Positions 28,824-37,070 of a stretch of DNA of 64,000 nucleotides are shown here, piece by piece (positions within the stretch are counted from its first letter, which is position 1; every line of letters begins with the position of its first letter). Source of the stretch: Candidatus Poribacteria bacterium (lineage in GTDB: Bacteria; Poribacteria; WGA-4E; WGA-3G). The translations under genes and the position numbers were made by a program. The DNA is taken from contig CBDANF010000003.1 of NCBI GenBank assembly GCA_965197475.1, forward strand, positions 3,488,001 to 3,552,000, in the 5' to 3' direction. Below the pieces are notes generated by a model. It saw only the letters and a program-made list of their open reading frames with translations. It was not told the origin of the DNA and did no database searches.

Positions 28824-30629
28824 ATGTTCAATCGCCCAAAGGCTAAAGATAACACCCTCAATAATCTGTCCTTAATAGACAAAATTAGGCGAAAATACGA
28901 TTTAACGCCACCTATCACACTCATCCTGGTACTGACAACGCTGTTTTTTGTTGCATTCCTCATATACCCCCTCCTCTATGTTTTCAAAGAAGCATTCTGG
29001 ATTGAAAACAGATTTGACCTAACATATTTTAAACTGATGGTAACTGATCCGAACAAAAGAGAACTGGTTATCAATAGTTTCAAAATTGGTGTTATGGTTA
29101 CGCTGTTGACGAGCATCGTTAGTCTTCCGCTGGCATATTTTCTCACCCGCTACCAATATCCAGGTCGCAATACACTTCGATCTGTGATTTTAATTCCGAT
29201 GATAATGCCTCCGTTTGTTGGGGCTATCGGAATGCAAAAATTTTTCGGAAATTATGGTAGCATAAACATGCTTCTTGACAAACTTCATCTGATGAATTTA
29301 ACCGAAAATGACCCTATTGACTGGTTTGAGGGAGGTTTTTGGGGTGTAGTTTTGTTGTCAACGTTACACTTATACCCCATTATGTATCTAAACATTGTTG
29401 CTGCATTGGCAAATGTTGATCCGAGTTTAGAGGAAGCTGCAGAAAACCTCGGCGCATCGCGATTCCAAATATTCCGGCGAATTACACTGCCTTTAATGAT
29501 GCCCGGTTATTTTGCTGGTGCGATTCTCGTCTTTATCTGGGCATTTACCGACCTTGGCACACCATTGATTTTTGACTACAACAAGGTGATTGCTGTCAAG
29601 ATTTTCCGACAAGTAACTGAAGCGAACGTAAATCCGATGGGATATGCACTTGTAGTCCTTGTTATTGTGCTGACTGCTCTTGCATTTTATGCTTCAAAGC
29701 GGTGGACAGGTAGCAAACACTATGAAATGCTCGGACGAGGCCACGTAACTTCTCGTGAGACAAATGCAAAATTGTGGATGCGCTGCGTTATCTACCTGTT
29801 TATCGGTGGATTGACGTTCATTGCGTTGTTACCTCACATCAGTGTCATTTTGGCATCCTTAACACCGAATGAAGGTCAATGGAACATGACCGTACTACCG
29901 AAATCGTTCACCTTTGCGCACTATGTAGAGACATTCACACATTCCGATACATTACCGAGTATTCTCAACAGTCTGAAATACAGTATCTTTAGCACGTTAA
30001 TTGCACTGATTGTTGGTGTTGCGATCGCGTATCTCCTCACCCGCAAACGTCTTCCGTTCCACAATTTGTTAGATGCGGTTGCGATGTTACCTTTGGCACT
30101 GCCGGGTGTTGCGATTGCTTTCGGATATATGGGAAGTTTCTCGGATACCTCATTTCTTTTGCGGAATCTTCCAGAGGGGTTTATTGCTGTGATTGATCCG
30201 AGAAAAAATCCGACGTTTCTCTTGATTATTGGTTACGCTGTGCGGCGGTTACCGTATATGTTACGTGCAATATATGCAGGTTTCCAGCAAACCAGCGTAA
30301 CCTACGAAGAAGCATCACAGAACATGGGGGCAACACCCATGCGAACACTTTATAAAATCACATTACCTCTGGTTTTTGCCAATATCCTTGCCGGTGCGAT
30401 TCTGGTTTTTTCCTTTTCTATGCTTGAGGTAAGTGAAAGCCTGATTTTAGCGACTCAGAACCAGCACTATCCGATTACAAAAGCAATTTGGTCACTTTCC
30501 CAACGTGTTGGTCAAGGTCCGTACATAGCGAGTGCGCTTGGCGTTGTAGGGATGCTAATCTTAATTGCGTGTCTGCTTGGTGCGGGGCGCGTTCTTGGCG
30601 GAAAGTTAGGGGAAATTTTCCGGATTTAG
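28824..30629 (+). CDS. Fe3+/thiamine-type ABC transporter permease (two-domain)
   Basis: Two EAA loops (LEEAAENLGAS; YEEASQNMGAT), multiple TM helices, FTDLGTP. Confidence 0.9.
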   Translation: MFNRPKAKDNTLNNLSLIDKIRRKYDLTPPITLILVLTTLFFVAFLIYPLLYVFKEAFWIENRFDLTYFKLMVTDPNKRELVINSFKIGVMVTLLTSIVSLPLAYFLTRYQYPGRNTLRSVILIPMIMPPFVGAIGMQKFFGNYGSINMLLDKLHLMNLTENDPIDWFEGGFWGVVLLSTLHLYPIMYLNIVAALANVDPSLEEAAENLGASRFQIFRRITLPLMMPGYFAGAILVFIWAFTDLGTPLIFDYNKVIAVKIFRQVTEANVNPMGYALVVLVIVLTALAFYASKRWTGSKHYEMLGRGHVTSRETNAKLWMRCVIYLFIGGLTFIALLPHISVILASLTPNEGQWNMTVLPKSFTFAHYVETFTHSDTLPSILNSLKYSIFSTLIALIVGVAIAYLLTRKRLPFHNLLDAVAMLPLALPGVAIAFGYMGSFSDTSFLLRNLPEGFIAVIDPRKNPTFLLIIGYAVRRLPYMLRAIYAGFQQTSVTYEEASQNMGATPMRTLYKITLPLVFANILAGAILVFSFSMLEVSESLILATQNQHYPITKAIWSLSQRVGQGPYIASALGVVGMLILIACLLGAGRVLGGKLGEIFRI

Positions 30630-30668
30630 CGTCAGGTTTGCAGAAAATGATTCGAAAGAAACCTTCTT

Positions 30669-31654
30669 GGCTCATGTAAAAAGTAAGTGCTATTTTTTCA
30701 AAGTTATGTTAGCGTGTTACCTATGGACTTTCCAATACAATCTCTCCTGGATGAAGAAAAAACTCAAGCGTGGGTGTTGGATCATTTCCACCTTCAAGGG
30801 CTGTGTTGCCCAAAATGCCAAGCGAGCGTGGCGGAGGCACGCAAGTTCCGTCCGACTGAAACAAGTGGTCTACAAGTGTATCGCTGCAAACACTGTGAGA
30901 GCATCTACAACCTCTATACCGGGACGGTCTTTGCTGGCACGCAGTTTCGTCCCTCACAGGTCGTTCTGCTTTTGCGCGGTGTCTGTCAAGGTGTTTCAAG
31001 TGCACAACTCGGGTGTGAACTGGGTCTAAGTCGTCAAACCGTTCTTTCTATAAGACGTAAACTCCAAACTTCGGCAGAGCAGATACAACCCGAAGCTGCT
31101 TTACCTGATGCTGAAGTCGAAACAGATGAGATGTTTCAAAACGCCGGTGAAAAAGGCGATAAGCACGTTGATGCTTCGGATCCGCCGCGTCGGCGTGGCA
31201 ATAAACGCAGGGGACATGGGACTTATGACAATGATCGTCCGCCTATTGTTGGGACGAAAGGTCGCGAAAGCGGTCTCCTGAGATTACGTGTTGTGCGGCA
31301 CACCGATTCTGCGACGCTTTCAACACACGTTCATCAGTGGACGTTGCCGACTTCAACGGTGTATACGGATGGTTGGCGTGGCTATAACCGTATTCAGCGC
31401 GCCCGTGAGATTGTTCTCCATAAGGATGGCGAGTGGGCAAGAGACGCAGACGGTGATGGTCTTTACGAGATCCATACAAGGACGATTGAAGGTGCCTGGA
31501 CGACGCTGCGAAACTTCCTTCGTCCCTTTCGTGGCGTTCATAAAAAGTTCCTCGCCGGTTACGTCGCAATCTGTGAGTTCGTCATGAATCTAAAAGCTGT
31601 CAGTGTTGATTTTATAGCAAAACTCGTCAAAAGCACTTACTCTTGACATGAGCG
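30669..31654 (+). mobile_element. Complete IS1595-family insertion sequence with 8-bp target-site duplication
   Basis: IRs GGCTCATGTAAAAGTAAGTGCT and AGCACTTACTCTTGACATGAGCG; direct repeat ACCTTCTT at 30661-30668 and 31655-31662. Confidence 0.93.
30723..31646 (+). CDS. IS1595-family transposase
   Basis: CPKC/CKHC zinc ribbon, ETDEMFQNAGEK, VYTDGW.GY, HTRTIEGAW..LRNFLRPFRGVHK. Confidence 0.93.
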   Translation: MDFPIQSLLDEEKTQAWVLDHFHLQGLCCPKCQASVAEARKFRPTETSGLQVYRCKHCESIYNLYTGTVFAGTQFRPSQVVLLLRGVCQGVSSAQLGCELGLSRQTVLSIRRKLQTSAEQIQPEAALPDAEVETDEMFQNAGEKGDKHVDASDPPRRRGNKRRGHGTYDNDRPPIVGTKGRESGLLRLRVVRHTDSATLSTHVHQWTLPTSTVYTDGWRGYNRIQRAREIVLHKDGEWARDADGDGLYEIHTRTIEGAWTTLRNFLRPFRGVHKKFLAGYVAICEFVMNLKAVSVDFIAKLVKSTYS

Positions 31655-31785
31655 ACCTTCTTTCTTGATAAAATACAGGAGATATAAACCGATAGTATAT
31701 AGAACCAACAGTAGTCATCTGCATGGTAACAAACTTAGTAACGATCTAACCCCAGATATAAAATGACATAAAACGAGGATTTACC

Positions 31786-34071
31786 ATGAAAATATTTCTG
31801 ACCGTACTTATTCTGTCTACCGTTTTTTCTCTAAACTCCTTTGCCGGATTTTTTGGTTCTGCTACCTTTGAAGGGCATACGGGTAAAGTTGATAGCGTCG
31901 CATTCAGTCCGGATGGCGAAATGCTCGTAAGTGGCGGTTGGGACAACACCGTCCGTCTGTGGAATGTTGCCACTCGTGAAAACATCCACACACTCAAAGG
32001 GCATACGGCTGAGGTCTATGCTGTGGCGTTCAGTCCGGATGGCAGAATAGTCGTAAGTGGGGGTTGGGACAACACAATCCGTTTGTGGGATGTCGTTACT
32101 GCTGAAAACATCCACACACTCAAAGGGCATACAGCTGCGATTTCTTCCTTAGCGTTTAGTCCTGATGGGAAGATACTCGCAAGCGGAAGTTATGACCGGA
32201 CTATCCGACTGTGGGATGTAGCTATTACTACAAACATTGCGACACTCACTGGGCATAAGGGTAGGGTCTTAACTGTGGCATTTAGTCCGGATGGCAAAAT
32301 GGTTGCAAGTGGGAGTTGGGACGACACCGTCCGTTTTTGGGATGTAGCCACTGCTGAGAACATCAACACAATCACAGAGCATCCGGGTGATGTCTGGAGT
32401 TTAGCGTTTAGCCCTGATGGCAAAACAATCGCAACTGGGGGTGAGACCCGCTATATCTATTTGTGGGATGTCGCCACTGCCGAAAAAATCAATACATTCA
32501 CCCAGAGTAACCAGGGTGCCCTTAGCGTGGCATTCAGTCCTGATGGAAAAACAATCGCAAGCGGGGTTTATCCCAGGGGCATCCAACTGTGGGAAATAGC
32601 CACTGCAAGAAGGATCGGTAGTTTTAGTGATACGTATCAAAAAATGAGTACGGTCGATAGTGTCGCATTCAGTCCAGACGGTAAAACAATCGCAACTGGG
32701 AGTTGGGACCCTACCGTCCGTCTATGGACTATCACCAGATGTTTTAAAATCACGCCCTATCCCATAGTATCTCCCGCAATCGGTGAGAGGTTTACTATCA
32801 ACATTGAAGCTGATATGGGACCAAAAGTACAGGAAGCCTATTTTAACTTATACTTTAATTCACGTGCCATTCGTTATGTTGAAACTACTGGCGGGGATTT
32901 AATATATCTTTCAAGTACTTTTGAGTCGGACTTTACCTATACAACCAGCCTAGGTTTCGTAAGGTTTGAATCACGTTTTGGTCCAGGCAAAGGCACATTG
33001 GCAAAAATAACCTTTGAGGTGATTGATGTAAGAGAATCTAATATCAGATTTCAAGGCATAGGTTATATAAACACGCCCTATCTCATTTATGAAGGAAAGA
33101 TTATACCACCCGAGTTCTCCTCTCCTGCTGTTGTCAGCATTACCCCATCCGAAGTGCTGTCTCCTGCTATCGGTGAGCAACTTGTTTTTAACGTTAATAT
33201 TGCCGACGGTCAAAATGTTGCACGTTCTGAGTTAACACTGGACTATGATCAGTCCGCTCTTAAAGAGATATCGCGCAGTGAGGGAAATTATCTGTCTGGT
33301 GAGATTGGCAACGGTGACGGCACACTTGAGACGATAACATTTGAAGTTCTTGATGTCAAAGCCTCAACTGTAAGTGTCTCTGGGTATCTGGTTGCTCCAA
33401 ATGGATATCGTTATGTTCCTACCTTTCAAAGTGCAGAGGTGATTGAACCGCTTCTGGGAGATGTTAACAGAGATGGAGTCGTGAGCATCTTGGACGTGGT
33501 CCAGGTTGCATCAAGTTTGGGACAGGTTTCAGCAGGCGGAAACCCCGCAGATGTCAATGAGGATGGTGTTGTCAATATTGTAGATATGATTACAGTCGCT
33601 GGGGCGATCAATGACGCAGCTGCTGCGCCTGCAGTGTGGAATCGCTACCAAGGGGTTGCTTTTACAAGTGACCGAGTGCAAAAGTGGCTATCCCAAGCAC
33701 AACAACTGGATTTGACAGATGCAATTGCACAAAAGGGCATTCTCTTTTTAGAAAATCTCTTAGCATTGTTGACACCGAAAGAGACAGCACTTCTACCGAA
33801 TTATCCAAATCCGTTCAACCCTGAAACGTGGATACCTTATCAATTAGCAGAACCCGCAGATGTAACGATTTCCATTTACGCAGTAGATGGAACAGTGATA
33901 CGTACCCTCAACCTTGGACATAAAACTGCGGGAATCTATCATGATCAAACCCGTGCGGCATATTGGGATGGTAAAAATGAAGTCGGTGAGGCGGTTGCAA
34001 GTGGTGTCTATTTCTATACTTTAACAGCAGGCAGCTTCAACTCTACGCGGAAGATGCTGATATGGAAATAG
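31786..34071 (+). CDS. Secreted WD40 beta-propeller protein with cohesin-like, dockerin and FlgD/T9SS-like C-terminal domains
   Basis: Signal peptide; 7 x GH...V..VAFSPDG..ASG.WD.T.RLW repeats; GDVNRDGVVSILD/ADVNEDGVVNIVD; NYPNPFNPETWIPY...WDGKNE.GE.VASGVYFY. Confidence 0.9.
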   Translation: MKIFLTVLILSTVFSLNSFAGFFGSATFEGHTGKVDSVAFSPDGEMLVSGGWDNTVRLWNVATRENIHTLKGHTAEVYAVAFSPDGRIVVSGGWDNTIRLWDVVTAENIHTLKGHTAAISSLAFSPDGKILASGSYDRTIRLWDVAITTNIATLTGHKGRVLTVAFSPDGKMVASGSWDDTVRFWDVATAENINTITEHPGDVWSLAFSPDGKTIATGGETRYIYLWDVATAEKINTFTQSNQGALSVAFSPDGKTIASGVYPRGIQLWEIATARRIGSFSDTYQKMSTVDSVAFSPDGKTIATGSWDPTVRLWTITRCFKITPYPIVSPAIGERFTINIEADMGPKVQEAYFNLYFNSRAIRYVETTGGDLIYLSSTFESDFTYTTSLGFVRFESRFGPGKGTLAKITFEVIDVRESNIRFQGIGYINTPYLIYEGKIIPPEFSSPAVVSITPSEVLSPAIGEQLVFNVNIADGQNVARSELTLDYDQSALKEISRSEGNYLSGEIGNGDGTLETITFEVLDVKASTVSVSGYLVAPNGYRYVPTFQSAEVIEPLLGDVNRDGVVSILDVVQVASSLGQVSAGGNPADVNEDGVVNIVDMITVAGAINDAAAAPAVWNRYQGVAFTSDRVQKWLSQAQQLDLTDAIAQKGILFLENLLALLTPKETALLPNYPNPFNPETWIPYQLAEPADVTISIYAVDGTVIRTLNLGHKTAGIYHDQTRAAYWDGKNEVGEAVASGVYFYTLTAGSFNSTRKMLIWK

Positions 34072-34197
34072 TATCAAATGACCATAGGATATCTGGAAGG
34101 TTGATGTTTATTGGCTTCCCAGCGATCATTAATGAGTGGGTTGCGTTGGGATCGCGAGCATCCTCTTTGAGAAATGATGCGTTTAGCGATAAACGTG
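34071..34197 (-). ncRNA. Putative element-encoded structured ncRNA (~125 nt, four stem-loops)
   Basis: Lies directly downstream of a near-consensus promoter; stems at 34180-34195, 34158-34180, 34122-34155 and 34093-34122. Confidence 0.5.
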
Positions 34198-34202
34198 TCT
34201 AA

Positions 34203-34231
34203 AGTATAGCAAAACCAGTAGCGGTTGTCAA
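34203..34231 (-). promoter_or_regulatory. Near-consensus sigma70 promoter inside the element, pointing toward the left TIR
   Basis: Minus strand TTGACA-accgctactggttttgc(17)-TATACT. Confidence 0.75.
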
Positions 34232-34298
34232 CCATATTTTCAAGGCACCTGCCCCGGTTTTGCGAAGTAAAGTTCGTCGGGAACATAGGATTAGGGTC

Positions 34299-35183
34299 TC
34301 ATTGGGCTTCTCCTTGGTGAGTGGCTTCATCGTTTGAGTCTGAATTGGCAAGGTCTGCATCTATGGCTTGGAGTTGGTGCTGCGGTATGAGGTCGAGATA
34401 TTGAGAGATGACGCGTTTAGAAAGTCGTGTAATCTGTGAGATTTTATCAATATCTGCGGTTGCTTTCCGAACGACTTTGACGCTCTCATAATCGCGAATG
34501 TATCTATCAACTGCCTCCTTAGAGTGTTTGGTCTTTGCGGCAATCCTGGGGGTGAGATGTCCTTGAAGATAGAGGGTTATGATCTCTTTCTTATGGGTAA
34601 TAGCCCCCGATAAGTCATGGATATTGCCACGGGTGGGCAAGAGTTCTCCAGTGGTTTTTTGCCATTCATTAACATAATCACAGACAACGGCATCGCAGAC
34701 ATTGAGCAAAACTGCCAAGTCGAGTTGTGTCAATAATGCCCCTTGGTCATAAGCTTGATGACACCAGCGGACCAAGCGATTGATCCGCAATTGCCGGGAG
34801 GTGAAACCGTTGCGAAAGGATTCAATATCCTCTGCGGCGAGGTAAGTCAGGATGACGGGTTTCATGCGGGTTTTGACGATGGACTTTCCTCTTTCTGGAT
34901 GCTCTTCAATAGGGACGGCCATCCAAACGAGTTGTCCATAACTCAAGAAACGCTCATCCGGGAGTTGATCGCCGGTGGCGAGTTTCTCCAAAGGAAGGGT
35001 AATCACGAAATAGTCTTCAACGGTCTTAAGAATATCATCAACAATGGCGGTGGCAGTGACTTCGCCTTTGTCATAACCATAGTCATTGAGAAAGCGGTGA
35101 ATGAGCAACTGTCGTAGGGACTTATCGTTGATGCGTCTGAATTTCTTCTCGTTGATTTGCGTGCGGGTTAGAGGTTTGCTCAT
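34299..35183 (-). CDS. DUF1670-like protein (paralog B)
   Basis: RL.RWCHQAYDQGALLTQLDLAVLL...LPTRGNIHDLSGAITHK..II.LYLQG...HS.EAVDRYI.D. Confidence 0.8.
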   Translation of the reverse strand: MSKPLTRTQINEKKFRRINDKSLRQLLIHRFLNDYGYDKGEVTATAIVDDILKTVEDYFVITLPLEKLATGDQLPDERFLSYGQLVWMAVPIEEHPERGKSIVKTRMKPVILTYLAAEDIESFRNGFTSRQLRINRLVRWCHQAYDQGALLTQLDLAVLLNVCDAVVCDYVNEWQKTTGELLPTRGNIHDLSGAITHKKEIITLYLQGHLTPRIAAKTKHSKEAVDRYIRDYESVKVVRKATADIDKISQITRLSKRVISQYLDLIPQHQLQAIDADLANSDSNDEATHQGEAQ

Positions 35184-35980
35184 GAGAGGTCCCCCTTTTT
35201 TGTGTCCTCAGGTTCTGGGTGAAGGAGTTGGGTCATGCGATCTGTGTGTTGGTATTCCTCATAGAGTGAGAGATACTCGCGGATCAACCGGTCAGATAGA
35301 TGGGTGATCAGGCGTATCTGTGCGTTAGGAAAGCCTTGATGATGGAGCGTAGCGACTTGTGTAAAGTCTTTCAAGTAGCGGTAGACAGCTCGTTCGCTGT
35401 GGTTCGTCTTTTTCTCGATTTCGGTGAAGGTATAGGCTTTGAAATATAACTCCAGGACCTGGGTTTTATGAGAAGTGCCGGGGCCCATGTCGTGTTTCGT
35501 CCCGCGCGTCATAACGAAATACCCATCCTGCTTCAAGTGTCGAATGTCGCGTTTGACTGTAGCAGGACTGGTGGTTAATAATACAGCTAAATCCTCGTAG
35601 CTCAGTAAGGCATCTTGGTCATAAGCTTCTTGGGTCAATCGGAGGATCCGATGCCGTCTGAGTCCTGCGAGACCATAATTCGCTAAGACTTCAAGATCGG
35701 CGTTTGTGTCATTGAGAGTTAGCCGACAGGAAACTTTTTTCGCTAAAGCGATATGTTTACCTGCGGGTTCCTCTGCGGCGACTGCCTCGTAGCAGATTTG
35801 CCCTGATGTCAGGTGCACATCGGCGTGTTGTTCAAAGTAGGTGGAAATCTGTTTATAGTAGGCTTCAGCAACGAGAGGCATTAGATTAAAGTCTGCTGAA
35901 ATCTTCTGAATAATCGCGGCTCTGGCATTCTTGGATTCGAGCCGAGTGATACCGTAAGCGGTATCCTTCTTGCGGTTCAT
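35180..35980 (-). CDS. DUF1670-like protein (paralog A)
   Basis: RILRLTQEAYDQDALLSYEDLA.LL.TS..TVKRDI...TRG.KHDMGPG.SHK...HS..AV.RYL.DF; GGAGG RBS; ATGA coupling to paralog B. Confidence 0.8.
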   Translation of the reverse strand: MNRKKDTAYGITRLESKNARAAIIQKISADFNLMPLVAEAYYKQISTYFEQHADVHLTSGQICYEAVAAEEPAGKHIALAKKVSCRLTLNDTNADLEVLANYGLAGLRRHRILRLTQEAYDQDALLSYEDLAVLLTTSPATVKRDIRHLKQDGYFVMTRGTKHDMGPGTSHKTQVLELYFKAYTFTEIEKKTNHSERAVYRYLKDFTQVATLHHQGFPNAQIRLITHLSDRLIREYLSLYEEYQHTDRMTQLLHPEPEDTKKGDLS

Positions 35981-36120
35981 ATCGACCTCCATGAATAGAT
36001 TATCGGGGATCCGAGGACATCTACTCGTTAGTTTAACGAATACTAATAGTATAACTCATGGGGTCATTTGATACAAACTATAAGTAAACTCCACTCATTA
36101 AACAAGCAGGAGAAACATTA

Positions 36121-36708
36121 ATGGACATCTTGCATAGCGTTCGTAATGCGCTGTTAGATGCACAGGACGTGCTTAATCGGTTTATCCAAAACCCTGACAA
36201 TATCGCAATCATTGCCGAAACAGCAGCCCTGATGCGAGACGTTTTTGAACAGCAGGGAAGAATCTTTACGTGTGGCAATGGTGGCAGTTTGTGCGATGCC
36301 ATCCACTTTGCAGAAGAGTGCACCGGAAAGTTTCGGGATAATCGGAAACCTCTTCCTGTTATTGCGCTAAGCGATGCAGGGCATATCACCTGCACAGCAA
36401 ACGATTTCGGGTTTGCGGAGGTGTTCGCTCGTCCACTGCTGGCACTTGGACACCCCGGTGATCTGTTAGTGGCACTCTCAACAAGTGGTAATTCGGAAAA
36501 TGTTGTTCGTGCGGCTGAAGCAGCAAAATCACGACAGATGCACGTGTTCGGGTTGATCGGTAGAGATGGCGGAAGGCTCAAACACCATTGTAATACTTAC
36601 CTAATTGCGCCTGGTGATACCGCAGATCGGATACAGGAAATCCATATTAAGGTATTACATATTTTGATTGAGCATATTGAACGACTAATGTTTCCTGAGA
36701 ATTATTGA
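36121..36708 (+). CDS. gmhA: D-sedoheptulose-7-phosphate isomerase
   Basis: CGNGGSLCDAIHFAEE, TCTANDFGF, LSTSGNSENV, ADRIQEIHIKVLH. Confidence 0.93.
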   Translation: MDILHSVRNALLDAQDVLNRFIQNPDNIAIIAETAALMRDVFEQQGRIFTCGNGGSLCDAIHFAEECTGKFRDNRKPLPVIALSDAGHITCTANDFGFAEVFARPLLALGHPGDLLVALSTSGNSENVVRAAEAAKSRQMHVFGLIGRDGGRLKHHCNTYLIAPGDTADRIQEIHIKVLHILIEHIERLMFPENY

Positions 36709-36792
36709 CAAAATTACAGTATTATGATACTATTCAGTATAGGTAAGAATATCACCTTTAAGATTTGCAGTTAAGCGGAGGAGAATAATTTT

Positions 36793-37068
36793 TTGGCAAC
36801 TTCAAATAAACACCGGGCATATTGGCGGAAAAATCTACAATATCTCGCTATTCTACTCGGAATTTGGTTTATTACATCGTATCTATGCTCAATTGTTTTT
36901 GTCGAACAACTTGACAAAATTCAATTCGGTGGGTTGCGCCTCGGCTTCTATTTTGCACAGCAAGCATCTATATGGATTTTTGTTGTACTGATTTTTGTCT
37001 ACGCATGGTTGATGAACCGTTTAGATAAAAAATATCAGGCTGATCGTGATGCGGAGGATTCTGAATAA
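36793..37068 (+). CDS. DUF4212-like small membrane partner of a sodium:solute symporter
   Basis: YWRKNL...LL.IWF...[25 protein letters not shown]. Confidence 0.85.
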   Translation: MATSNKHRAYWRKNLQYLAILLGIWFITSYLCSIVFVEQLDKIQFGGLRLGFYFAQQASIWIFVVLIFVYAWLMNRLDKKYQADRDAEDSE

Positions 37069-37070
37069 AC

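Larger units (their letters stand above)
34071..36074 (-). mobile_element. Putative novel IS-like element: two DUF1670-like genes plus a structured non-coding end, bounded by 13-bp perfect TIRs
   Basis: GTATCAAATGACC (34071-34083) and GGTCATTTGATAC (36062-36074); inserted at the stop codon of the WD40 gene. Confidence 0.72.

Noticed and set aside
31870-32730. Periodic DNA repeats (~126 bp)
   Set aside because: Explained by WD40 coding repeats.
34051-34114. Similarity of ncRNA loop 4 complement (GATGTTTATTGG) to the left flank (GATGCTGATATGG)
   Set aside because: Needs several mismatches and a gap; not distinguishable from chance.
34074-34286. 70-aa ORF in the 3' end of the DUF1670 element
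   Set aside because: No recognisable protein features; it spans a consensus promoter and stacked hairpins, which fit non-coding function better.
34060-36085. Target-site duplication around the DUF1670 element
   Set aside because: The flanks GGAAATA and AAACTAT are not a direct repeat.
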